The translations under genes were made by a program, and so were the position numbers. The notes under the pieces were generated by a model that saw only the letters and a list, made by a program, of their open reading frames with translations, searched no databases and was not told the origin of the DNA. Shown one piece after another: positions 46,413-55,329 of a stretch of DNA of 64,000 nucleotides. The DNA lies in the NCBI GenBank assembly GCA_947591495.1, contig CANQDG010000002.1:9779-73778 (forward strand). The letters run 5' to 3'. Every line of letters starts with the position of its first letter. The first letter of the stretch is position 1. The stretch is from an uncultured Bacilli bacterium (GTDB lineage Bacteria > Bacillota_I > Bacilli_A > ML615J-28 > CAG-313).

Positions 46413-49337
46413 ATGTATAGTATCGGACTTGATATTGGTTCAACTACGATTAAATATGTCGTACTTGACGAAAACAATCAAATTATCAAAAAAGATTATC
46501 TTAGACATATGTCATTAGTAGCTCAAAAAGCCCAAGAAATCCTCAAAACTCTTAAACAAGAATTTGGTAACAACTGTTATCTTTCTTTTTCAGGTTCAGC
46601 ATCTTTAGGCCTTGCACAATATTGTAAAGTTAATTTTGTTCAAGAAGTTTATAGCGAAAAAATGGCTTGTGATGTTCTTGCGCCAAAGACTGATGTTATT
46701 ATTGAACTTGGTGGTGAAGATGCTAAAATTGTCTTTTTAAGTGGTGGCTTAGAAGTTCGAATGAATGGTAGCTGTGCTGGTGGAACAGGATCTTTCATTG
46801 ACCAAATGGCGCTTCTTTTAAATATCGAGACAAACGCGATGAATGACCTTGCTCAAAAGGCCCAAAGAACTTATCAAATAGCATCACGTTGTGGCGTATT
46901 TGCTAAAAGCGATATTCAACCCCTAATTAATCAAGGTGCTACTAAAGAAGATCTTGCAAAATCAATTTTTTATGCTATATGTAATCAAACAATTGGTGGT
47001 CTTGCGCAAGGAAGACCCATTAAAGGTAATATTTTATACTTAGGGGGACCATTAACTTTTAATCCTGTTTTACGAACATGCTTTGATGAGACCTTAAAAT
47101 TAAAGGGCATATGTCCTGATAATTCACTTTATTATGTTGCTATCGGTGCCGCTTTAGCGAAAGTAAAAGTTGCTAATTTAGAGGAAGTTATCATAAATTT
47201 AGATGAATATCATAAAAATTCTTCATATAACTTTAATGAGCCTCTTTTTACCTCTAAAGAAGAATATGACCAATTTATCAAGCGTCATGAACAAGCCACC
47301 ATCAAAACAATTGATCTTAAGACATATGAAGGTAATTGTTATTTAGGTATTGATAGTGGATCTACCACCATTAAAATCGTCTTAGTTGACGAAGATTGTA
47401 ACATTTTATATTCCATCTATGAACAAAATAGTGGACAAGCCGTTGAACTTGTTAAAAAAACTTTAATTGAGCTTTTAGAAAAATATCCTAAAATTAACAT
47501 CAAAGCATCTAGTGCTACCGGCTATGGTGAAGAATTAATGAAAAATGCTTTTAATGTTGATTTTGGTATTGTTGAAACAATTGCTCATTATACATCTGCT
47601 TCCTATTTTATGCCTAATGTTGATTTCATTATTGATATTGGCGGGCAAGATATGAAATGCTTTAAAATCAAAAATGGTGCGATTGATAACATCTTTTTAA
47701 ATGAATCTTGTTCATCAGGTTGTGGATCTTTTTTACAAACATTTGCTAATGCTTTAGGATATGATGTAGTAACTTTTGCTAATTTAGGTTTATTTGGTGA
47801 TAAACCAGTCGATCTTGGTTCAAGATGCACCGTTTTTATGAATTCACTTGTTAAACAAGCTCAAAAAGATGGAGCTACGATTGAAAACATTTCAGCCGGC
47901 CTTTCGATGAGCGTTGTAAAAAACGCCCTATATAAAGTTATTAGAATTGCCAATAAAGAAGACCTAGGTAAACATATTGTCGTTCAAGGTGGCACATTTT
48001 ATAATAATGCCGTTTTACGGGCCTTTGAAAAAGAAACAGGTCTTAATGTCATTAGGCCAAATATTGCGGGACTAATGGGAGCATATGGGGCTGCTTTATA
48101 TGCCAAAAAACATATTAAAAATAAACCAACTAGTTTAATTAGTTTAGCTGAATTAAAAAGCATGCAAGATATTACGACTCTTACAAGATGTGGTGGTTGT
48201 CAAAATAATTGTCGTTTAACCATTCATACATTTGCCTCAGAAAATAATTCAACCCGTAAATTTATTTCCGGTAATAAATGTGAAAAACCGATTACCAATA
48301 AAACTAGTGATAAAACGCTTAATATGTTTGAAATAAAACGCACAAAACTTGCTAAATATCGTAATAACAAAATAGATCCAACTAAAATTACCATTGGAAT
48401 TCCGATGGTTCTTAATATGTTTGATTTACTTCCTTTTTGGTATACGGTTTTTACTAAATTAGGTTTTAATGTTGTTACCTCTTCTGATACTTCTCAAAAA
48501 CTTTATTTAGAAGGACAATCAACTATTTCTTCTGATACGATATGTTATCCTGCTAAAGTAGTTCATGGCCATATTATGGATTTAATTAATAAAGGAATTA
48601 CGAATATCTTTTATCCTGCCATGACCAGAAATGTTGATGAAGGTTTAGGTGATAAGAATTTTAATTGTCCTGTTGTTGCCTATTACCCCGAAGTAATTAG
48701 AGTTAATATGGGAATTTTAAAAGATCAAAAAATTAATTACATTGCTCCTTATATTGGAATTGATCAAAAAAAATTCGTACATAAATTTTATGAAGCAATT
48801 AAGCCTTTTTTCCCTGATCTAAAACTTGCCTCTTTACGAAAAGCAATTGAAGAGGGTTGGGCTGAATATGATGCTTTTAAAAAAGAATTAGATTTAGAAT
48901 GCGACCATATCATCGACTTTGCGAGAAAAAATCATCAACAAATCATTGTGCTTGCGGGGCGCCCATATCATCTAGATAAAAAAATAGATCATGAAATCGA
49001 TAAATTAATTGTTAATTTAGGCGCTTGCGTTTTAACCGAAGAAGCTATTGCGCGTAAAAGCTTTAAAGATAAGACTTCGATTATTAATCAGTGGACCTAT
49101 CATGCAAGACTATATGCGGCAGCTCGGTATATTGCTAAAGAACCAGATATGAATCTAATTCAACTTGTTTCTTTTGGTTGTGGCCTTGATGCTATTACCA
49201 CCGATGAAGTAAAAGAGATTCTAGAACAAAAAGATAAAATTTATACCCAAATTAAAATTGATGAAATAACTAATTTAGGTGCGGCGAAAATTAGAATTCG
49301 AAGTTTATTAAGTGTAGTAGGTGATCAAAATGAATAA
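46413..49337 (+). CDS. acyl-CoA dehydratase activase-related protein (two fused BcrAD/BadFG-type ATPase domains plus a DUF2229-like C-terminal region)
   Basis: 974 aa. Two actin-fold ATPase starts (GLDIGSTTIKYVVLD and GIDSGSTTIKIVLVD), each followed by a GGEDAK/GGQDMK phosphate-2 motif and a C..GTG/C..GCG cluster-ligand-like segment. CGGCQNNC and DTICYPAKV follow. Confidence 0.75.
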   Translation: MYSIGLDIGSTTIKYVVLDENNQIIKKDYLRHMSLVAQKAQEILKTLKQEFGNNCYLSFSGSASLGLAQYCKVNFVQEVYSEKMACDVLAPKTDVIIELGGEDAKIVFLSGGLEVRMNGSCAGGTGSFIDQMALLLNIETNAMNDLAQKAQRTYQIASRCGVFAKSDIQPLINQGATKEDLAKSIFYAICNQTIGGLAQGRPIKGNILYLGGPLTFNPVLRTCFDETLKLKGICPDNSLYYVAIGAALAKVKVANLEEVIINLDEYHKNSSYNFNEPLFTSKEEYDQFIKRHEQATIKTIDLKTYEGNCYLGIDSGSTTIKIVLVDEDCNILYSIYEQNSGQAVELVKKTLIELLEKYPKINIKASSATGYGEELMKNAFNVDFGIVETIAHYTSASYFMPNVDFIIDIGGQDMKCFKIKNGAIDNIFLNESCSSGCGSFLQTFANALGYDVVTFANLGLFGDKPVDLGSRCTVFMNSLVKQAQKDGATIENISAGLSMSVVKNALYKVIRIANKEDLGKHIVVQGGTFYNNAVLRAFEKETGLNVIRPNIAGLMGAYGAALYAKKHIKNKPTSLISLAELKSMQDITTLTRCGGCQNNCRLTIHTFASENNSTRKFISGNKCEKPITNKTSDKTLNMFEIKRTKLAKYRNNKIDPTKITIGIPMVLNMFDLLPFWYTVFTKLGFNVVTSSDTSQKLYLEGQSTISSDTICYPAKVVHGHIMDLINKGITNIFYPAMTRNVDEGLGDKNFNCPVVAYYPEVIRVNMGILKDQKINYIAPYIGIDQKKFVHKFYEAIKPFFPDLKLASLRKAIEEGWAEYDAFKKELDLECDHIIDFARKNHQQIIVLAGRPYHLDKKIDHEIDKLIVNLGACVLTEEAIARKSFKDKTSIINQWTYHARLYAAARYIAKEPDMNLIQLVSFGCGLDAITTDEVKEILEQKDKIYTQIKIDEITNLGAAKIRIRSLLSVVGDQNE

Positions 49338-50541
49338 GAAAAAAATTAAGAACATTTTAGCACCAATGATGCTTCCCATTCATTTTTCTATGTATGAAAA
49401 AATCTTAAGAAAAGATGGATATAATTTAGTTATTTTAACTAATTCATCACCAACAATGATTGAAGAAGGCTTAAAATACGTTCACAATGATACATGTTAT
49501 CCAGCCTTAGTAGTTATTGGTCAGATGATTGAAGCCTTAAAAAGTGGTAAATATAATCCCGATGAAACAGCCGTTATTATTACCCAATCAGGGGGTGGAT
49601 GCCGGGCATCTAATTATTTACCATTATTAAGAAAGGCTTTAAAAAAGGCCGGTTTTCCTCAAGTTCCTGCTTTATCTATTAATATGGCAGGTCTTGAAAA
49701 AGATAGTTCTTTAAAATTAACATTACCCCTTATTCGCAAAGTCTTAGCTGCTACGATTTATGCGGACTTAATAATGCATCTAGCTAACCAAACGAGACCA
49801 TATGAAGTAAATAAAGGCCAAACAGATCTTTATGTAGAAACGTTAGAACAAGAATTATCTACTAGCATTATCGACCATAAAGGTTATACGAAAGCCAAAA
49901 TGAAAAAAAATGCCATTAAAATTATTGATAAATTTAATAGCATTGATATAATCAAAAAACCACTTGTTAAAGTAGGAATTGTTGGCGAAATCTTTGTAAA
50001 ATATTCTAGTGTTGGTAATAATAATCTTGAACAACTTTTACAAGAAGAAAATACGGAAATTCGCGTTCCTGGTTTAATGGGCTTTATTAACCATTGCATC
50101 ACGCAAAAATTTGATCAAGTTAAATTATATGGTGGTAAATGGTATGTTGCATGGATTGCTAAAATTTTATATAAATACACATCTACTTTAGAAAGAATTA
50201 CAAATCAACAAATTAAAGCGCATTCTAACTTTGATGAAATAATGCCTTTTGATGAAATTAGAAAGCTTGCTGAAGAAGTATGTGGTTTAGGTATTATTAT
50301 GGGCGAAGGATGGCTTTTAGCCGCCGAAATGTTAGCCCTTTGTAAAGAAGGTTTTGAAAATATAGTTTGTACCCAACCATTTGGTTGCTTGCCTAATCAT
50401 ATTGTTGGTAAAGGTATGATTCGCAGAATTAAAGAACTATATCCAACTTCAAATATTGTTGCTATCGATTATGATCCTTCTGCGACTAAAGTTAATCAAG
50501 AAAACCGCATTAAATTAATGTTATCAGTTGCAAGAAAGTAG
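49330..50541 (+). CDS. 2-hydroxyacyl-CoA dehydratase-like / activase-associated protein
   Basis: About 403 aa with NDTCYPALV, GGGCRASNY and QPFGCLPNH motifs, like the uncharacterised partners of activase fusions. ATG 49330 is preferred (AGGTG RBS, and it overlaps the upstream stop in ATGAATAA). ORF track has a GTG at 49321. Confidence 0.65.
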   Translation: MNKKKIKNILAPMMLPIHFSMYEKILRKDGYNLVILTNSSPTMIEEGLKYVHNDTCYPALVVIGQMIEALKSGKYNPDETAVIITQSGGGCRASNYLPLLRKALKKAGFPQVPALSINMAGLEKDSSLKLTLPLIRKVLAATIYADLIMHLANQTRPYEVNKGQTDLYVETLEQELSTSIIDHKGYTKAKMKKNAIKIIDKFNSIDIIKKPLVKVGIVGEIFVKYSSVGNNNLEQLLQEENTEIRVPGLMGFINHCITQKFDQVKLYGGKWYVAWIAKILYKYTSTLERITNQQIKAHSNFDEIMPFDEIRKLAEEVCGLGIIMGEGWLLAAEMLALCKEGFENIVCTQPFGCLPNHIVGKGMIRRIKELYPTSNIVAIDYDPSATKVNQENRIKLMLSVARK

Positions 50542-50576
50542 CAACAAGAAAAAAATTAAAGATTGTGAGGTTAAAG

Positions 50577-51281
50577 ATGAAAGCAATTCTTTTTGATTTA
50601 GATGGAACATTGTTACCAATGGATCAAGATTTATTTACGAAAACTTATTTTAAATATTTATCATTAAAAATGGCTCCTTATGGATATAATGCAAAAGATT
50701 TAATCGAAGGTGTTTGGCAAGGAACAAGACAAATGGTCAAAAACAGTGGTAATCAAACCAACGAAGAAGTTTTCTTTCAATTCTTTAGTCAAATATTTGG
50801 CCCTAAAGTTTACGATGATAAAGTCATTTTTGATGAATTTTACCAAAATGAATTTAATAACGTTAAAGAAAGTTGTGGTTATACCAAAAAAGCCCAAGAA
50901 GTAATTAATTATTTAAAAACTTTAGATGTTAAATTAATCTTAGCTACTAATCCTATTTTCCCAAAAGTTGCTCAAGAAAGTCGTCTTAAATGGGCAGGTT
51001 GCAAGAAAGAAGATTTCATCTATATCACATCATATGAAAATATGCATTATTGTAAACCTAATCATAAATATTATTTAGAAATTATTGACCAATTAGGTCT
51101 TGAAGCTAAGGAGTGCTTGATGGTTGGTAATGATGTTGAAGAAGATATGATTGCTCAAAAGGTCGGCATGCAAGTTTTCTTACTTACACCTTGCTTGATT
51201 AATAAACAAAACCAAAATATTGACCATCTTCCTCAAGGTAATTTTGATGATTTATTAGAGTATTTACATAAAAATATTTAA
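50577..51281 (+). CDS. HAD superfamily hydrolase
   Basis: MKAILFDLDGTLL (DxDxT motif I), a later TN motif II and GNDVEEDM (motif IV). ATG 50577 is preferred, with GAGG 7 nt upstream. Confidence 0.8.
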   Translation: MKAILFDLDGTLLPMDQDLFTKTYFKYLSLKMAPYGYNAKDLIEGVWQGTRQMVKNSGNQTNEEVFFQFFSQIFGPKVYDDKVIFDEFYQNEFNNVKESCGYTKKAQEVINYLKTLDVKLILATNPIFPKVAQESRLKWAGCKKEDFIYITSYENMHYCKPNHKYYLEIIDQLGLEAKECLMVGNDVEEDMIAQKVGMQVFLLTPCLINKQNQNIDHLPQGNFDDLLEYLHKNI

Positions 51282-51284
51282 TTA

Positions 51285-51318
51285 AAAACGCAGTAAGATT
51301 TTTTCTTTACTGCGTTTT
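51285..51318. terminator. bidirectional hairpin terminator
   Basis: aaaacgcagtaa (51285-51296) pairs with ttactgcgtttt (51307-51318). It overlaps the stop of the minus-strand yidD-like gene. Confidence 0.65.
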
Positions 51319-51849
51319 AAAATATAAACGTGGATTAATAGATAAATCCGAAAAAAGATAATTCATTAAAATTTCTTTGCTTTGTTTTTTTGAATAAGAA
51401 ATTTTTTTCTTTTTTGCAAGAATGCTTATGCGTTCAATACTCGCAAAAAATAATTTCATTTCTTTTGTTGAATAATTATCAATGACAATTTTTTCCACTT
51501 GGCCAAAGTTTTTTTCCCAAATGTAAATAATAGCCGTATTAATATCAGTTTGGTTGATTAATTTAATTAATTCATCATCGATATGGCTTGCTAATTGTTG
51601 ATAATCTTTTTGTTCTTTTTTTTCACTTTTAGTAAGAGGAACCGGATCATATATTTTATAACTTAAAGGATTACAACGTAAAATTCGGTAACTTGTTAAA
51701 AAGGAGGCTTTCAAAAAGTTAAATTTTTGATAACATTCAAGTCCATAATTAGAACAACTAGGAATATGCCGACAACGATGTGGTCGGTCTTTTTTTTGAT
51801 ATTGTTTAATTAATTTAATTGCTAGTTTATTTAAGAACATAATATTCAC
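51307..51849 (-). CDS. YidD-domain protein (membrane protein insertion efficiency factor-like) with an extra C-terminal domain of about 100 aa
   Basis: CRHIPSCSNYGLECYQKFNFLKASFLTSYRILRCNPLSYKIYDPVP matches the YidD core (CRF.PTCS.Y...RILRC.P...G.DPVP). The 180 aa total is about twice the usual YidD length. Confidence 0.65.
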   Translation of the reverse strand: MNIMFLNKLAIKLIKQYQKKDRPHRCRHIPSCSNYGLECYQKFNFLKASFLTSYRILRCNPLSYKIYDPVPLTKSEKKEQKDYQQLASHIDDELIKLINQTDINTAIIYIWEKNFGQVEKIVIDNYSTKEMKLFFASIERISILAKKKKISYSKKQSKEILMNYLFSDLSINPRLYFKTQ

Positions 51850-51929
51850 CTAAAATTATTATATCAAAAAAACTTTCTTTTTTATAAAACTTGCGTATAA
51901 TTTATTTAATTTATAAGAAAAATAATAAT

Positions 51930-52505
51930 ATGTTAAAATACTTTATCATTTTTCTTATTGTTTTATTAGTGCTAGATTTAATTCTAGGAATCAAATTAGA
52001 AGCACGTCTCATAAAAAAACATCATCAACCATTACTTTTAAAAATAAGATTATTTAATAAAACTATTTTTCAAACAACTTTAAAGAAAACTTCTCATCAA
52101 TCATCCAATTTTAAATTTCAGCTTTCTTATCTTTTTGAAACCGATTTAAATACTATTTTAAAAGACTTAAAAGAAGACAACTTTTTTGTCTATCTTATTT
52201 TAGAATATGGCACCTTAAAAAAAGTAACCGTGATTCCTACTTATAATAGTTCAAATCCGAGCCTTTTACCTTATTTAGGGGTTGCGGACTGGCTTATAGC
52301 ATCAATTATTAAAAGATACTTAGATGAAACATTTAAAACGATTGAAGATGCATATTACCAAATAGTTTTATTAAAAGAAGAACAACAATCATTAAACTTT
52401 GAGATATATGTAAATGTTACCCTTTGGGCTTTTGTTAAAACGATAATTAAAAAATTTAAAGTATTTTTAAAACTTTTTCACAAGAAGGAGCAAAATTATG
52501 AATAA
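51930..52505 (+). CDS. YtfI-like (DUF2953) sporulation membrane protein
   Basis: N-terminal TM helix, and the gene overlaps the ytfJ start as in the B. subtilis ytfI-ytfJ operon. The call is mostly by synteny. ATG 51930 is preferred over the TTG at 51891. Confidence 0.45.
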   Translation: MLKYFIIFLIVLLVLDLILGIKLEARLIKKHHQPLLLKIRLFNKTIFQTTLKKTSHQSSNFKFQLSYLFETDLNTILKDLKEDNFFVYLILEYGTLKKVTVIPTYNSSNPSLLPYLGVADWLIASIIKRYLDETFKTIEDAYYQIVLLKEEQQSLNFEIYVNVTLWAFVKTIIKKFKVFLKLFHKKEQNYE

Positions 52506-52863
52506 TATAATTGATTTACTTGATAATTCTGTTAATAAAATTAAGTCAATGGTCGATGTTAATATTGTAATGGGTAAAATGATGACTTTTAATAATGTAT
52601 CAGTTATTCCTATTTCTAAAGTAAAATGTGGTTTTGTCAGTGGTGGAATTGACCAAAAAGAAACGAGCAGTCAAAAAAATCCTTTTGGTGGTGCAAGTGG
52701 TGGCACAATGACATTAACTCCTGTAGCCTTTTTAGTCATTTTAGAAAATGATGCTAAAATTCTTCATTTAGATGAACAATCACATATTTTAGAAAATCTC
52801 ATTGATTTAATTCCAGATACAATTAATAAATTAACCCTTCTATTCAAGAAAAAAGAATCGTAA
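52498..52863 (+). CDS. ytfJ: sporulation protein YtfJ (GerW family)
   Basis: 121 aa. IKSMVDVNIVMGKMMTFNNVSVIPISKVKCGFVSGG parallels the YtfJ/GerW core as I recall it. Confidence 0.8.
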   Translation: MNNIIDLLDNSVNKIKSMVDVNIVMGKMMTFNNVSVIPISKVKCGFVSGGIDQKETSSQKNPFGGASGGTMTLTPVAFLVILENDAKILHLDEQSHILENLIDLIPDTINKLTLLFKKKES

Positions 52864-52873
52864 TTTATAAAAA

Positions 52874-52913
52874 GGTCGGTTTACCACAAAACTTGGTGGT
52901 AGACCATTTTTTT
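52874..52913 (+). terminator. rho-independent terminator after ytfJ
   Basis: ggtc..taccac pairs with gtggtagacc (52874-52905, with a bulge), followed by T7. Confidence 0.65.
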
Positions 52914-52987
52914 ATTAAATAATAGTTTTGACTAAAAGGACTAAATAGTGTATAATATTTATAAATATACTTGATTTTGAGGTAAAT

Positions 52988-54205
52988 ATGAAAAGGGTTG
53001 TAATAATTGGTGGAGGTCCGGCTGGTATTTTAGCGGCCATCAAAATAAAAGAAAAATTGTTAGATCAAATTGAAGTCATCATCATTGAAAAGATGAATCG
53101 CATTGGCAAAAAAATTATTGTTAGTGGAAATGGTAAATGTAACTTAAGTAATACTTTATGCGAAGATGATTATATATATAATAGCACCTTTGCTAAAGAT
53201 ATATATCAGCGTTACGATAGCAATAGCCTAAGAGCTGATTTATTAAAAATGGGACTTTTTACAAAGATAGATGAAAAGATGCGAGTTTATCCGGTAACTG
53301 AGTCATCATCAACTGTGATGGATTTATTACTTTTGCAATTAAATAAATATCAAGTAAAGCTTATTACTAATACACAAGTAACACAAGTTACAAAAGAAAG
53401 ACAACTATTTAATATATATACAACCACGACAACTTTTAAGGCTGATTATGTTGTTTTTGCAACAGGTGGCACATCGTCTAAAATTCATGGTTCAAGTGGT
53501 GATGGATATCATTTATTAAAGCATTTTAATGTTAAAATAACACCAATTAAACCCGGCCTTGTTGGTTTAAAAATCAAAGAAGAACAAATAAAAGGCCTTG
53601 ATGGTTTAAGACAAAAAGCCCAAGTTATGATATATGATCAAGACCAATTAATTTTTCAAGAAAAAGGTGAGATTCAATTTAAAAAAGATGGTATTAGTGG
53701 GATTGTGATTATGAATGCATCAAGTATTTTGGCAAGATTTGCAAGACCATTAAAAATTGTTTTAGATTTTTTAGAAGCTTTTGATGAAAAAGAACTTATT
53801 AAAAAGTTAAAAATGATTAAACTAGCAAATTCAAACTTGCCACTATCTGATTTATTACATGGCCTTTTACCTAAAAGTCTAGCAGATAAAATTAGTAACA
53901 AACTTTCAAAAGAAAAAAACTTATCGATTGAAACCTTTGTAAGGCTTGCTAAAAATTATATAGTTGAAGTTATTGATACATATGGCTTTGATAATTCCCA
54001 AGTAACAGTTGGGGGTATATCACAAGATGAAATTGATGATAATTTTGAATTAAAAAAAGTCCCTTTTGCATACGCCATTGGTGAATTATTAGATGTTGAT
54101 GGTATTTGTGGCGGCTTTAATATGCATTTTGCCTTTGCCTCAGGTGCTATTATGGGACAAAAATTAGCAGAAAGGATTCAAGAAAATCATGAAGCAAATG
54201 AATAA
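52988..54205 (+). CDS. HI0933/YhiN-like NAD(P)/FAD-dependent oxidoreductase
   Basis: 405 aa. VVIIGGGPAGILAA dinucleotide fold, SGNGKCNLSN, and C-terminal GELLDVDGICGGFN, typical of this family. Confidence 0.8.
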   Translation: MKRVVIIGGGPAGILAAIKIKEKLLDQIEVIIIEKMNRIGKKIIVSGNGKCNLSNTLCEDDYIYNSTFAKDIYQRYDSNSLRADLLKMGLFTKIDEKMRVYPVTESSSTVMDLLLLQLNKYQVKLITNTQVTQVTKERQLFNIYTTTTTFKADYVVFATGGTSSKIHGSSGDGYHLLKHFNVKITPIKPGLVGLKIKEEQIKGLDGLRQKAQVMIYDQDQLIFQEKGEIQFKKDGISGIVIMNASSILARFARPLKIVLDFLEAFDEKELIKKLKMIKLANSNLPLSDLLHGLLPKSLADKISNKLSKEKNLSIETFVRLAKNYIVEVIDTYGFDNSQVTVGGISQDEIDDNFELKKVPFAYAIGELLDVDGICGGFNMHFAFASGAIMGQKLAERIQENHEANE

Positions 54206-55283
54206 TAATACTAGTACTAGTACTAGTAATACTAAGAACACAATCAATATGATCAACCAAATGGTTGATTTATTTGATGAGGCGGTTATGAGTTTATATT
54301 ATGGTCTTATTGATGAAAATAAAGAAAATACGGCTATTACTAATTATGATAAAGAAAAGGGTCGACTTAATTACTATGAATGCTTAATGCAAATCATTGA
54401 TTATTTTTTAAGTGACCGCCCTTTAAATGTTGATGATGAGGTAAAAAGTAAAATCGATAAAGCCTTAAATACTTTTCAACATCTAGCAAGCCAAAATACA
54501 ATCAATACCGAAGAAATTAGAAAAGCTTTATTATTACTTGATATCAAAGCTTTTAAAAATATTAACTTTCCCTTAGATTTAATTACACCTGATGCGACAA
54601 GTTTATTAATTGCTAATTTAGTTGATGCACTTATTGATCACAAAAAACGTGTAGAAATTTTGGATTTTAATTTTGGAGTTGGTAATTTAATATATACCAT
54701 TTGTAATCACATTGATGCATCTTTTAAAATAACCGGTTTTGATAATCATAGTTTACTAGCAAATGTTGCTATTCATAAAAGTAATATGCTCATGCAAAGT
54801 AGCAATATTTTTTATCAAGATGCCTTAGAAGTTTTACCAAATGATATTGATATTATTGTATCAGATTTAGCTTGTTATGATTACGAAAACCAAGCATATC
54901 ATTCTTATCTATATGATAAGGGCGTTAAATATTTTCCTTATCTTGCGATTGAACATTATTTAAAAATATCAAAACCGCTTTTTGCTATCTATTTAATTGA
55001 AAATACTTTTTTTCAAAAAGAAGGTAGTCAAGCTTTTTATGAAATGTTAAAAGCAAATGGCCACATTGATTTACTCGTTACTTTGCCCACATCCTTTTTT
55101 CAACGTCCGCAAGATACCAAATCGATTATGGTTGTTTCTAATCAAGTCTTAAATGATGCCTCAACTAATGTTTTTATCTTACCGGCATTAAGTAAACAAG
55201 ATGAGTTTAAAACTAAATTAGATGAAATTACCAAATGTTTAAAAAATAGTAAACAACAACTTATCACAAAAAATGTGCATTAA
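54189..55283 (+). CDS. class I SAM-dependent methyltransferase (YtxK-like, N6-adenine MTase-related)
   Basis: 364 aa. ILDFNFGVGNL (motif I-like) and IIVSDLA (motif IV-like, of the SDLP type seen in YtxK-like proteins). Substrate unknown. Confidence 0.55.
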   Translation: MKQMNNNTSTSTSNTKNTINMINQMVDLFDEAVMSLYYGLIDENKENTAITNYDKEKGRLNYYECLMQIIDYFLSDRPLNVDDEVKSKIDKALNTFQHLASQNTINTEEIRKALLLLDIKAFKNINFPLDLITPDATSLLIANLVDALIDHKKRVEILDFNFGVGNLIYTICNHIDASFKITGFDNHSLLANVAIHKSNMLMQSSNIFYQDALEVLPNDIDIIVSDLACYDYENQAYHSYLYDKGVKYFPYLAIEHYLKISKPLFAIYLIENTFFQKEGSQAFYEMLKANGHIDLLVTLPTSFFQRPQDTKSIMVVSNQVLNDASTNVFILPALSKQDEFKTKLDEITKCLKNSKQQLITKNVH

Positions 55284-55329
55284 ACATTTTTAACTAATCA
55301 AAGTTTGATGATAATTAGGAAGTAATAAA

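Noticed and set aside
54210-54227. A tandem hexanucleotide (actagt)x3 at the 5' end of the methyltransferase gene, which could be a phase-variation tract.
   Set aside because: There are only three copies, and the unit length is a multiple of three, so slippage would add or remove Thr-Ser without switching the gene off. It is probably an incidental low-complexity N-terminus.
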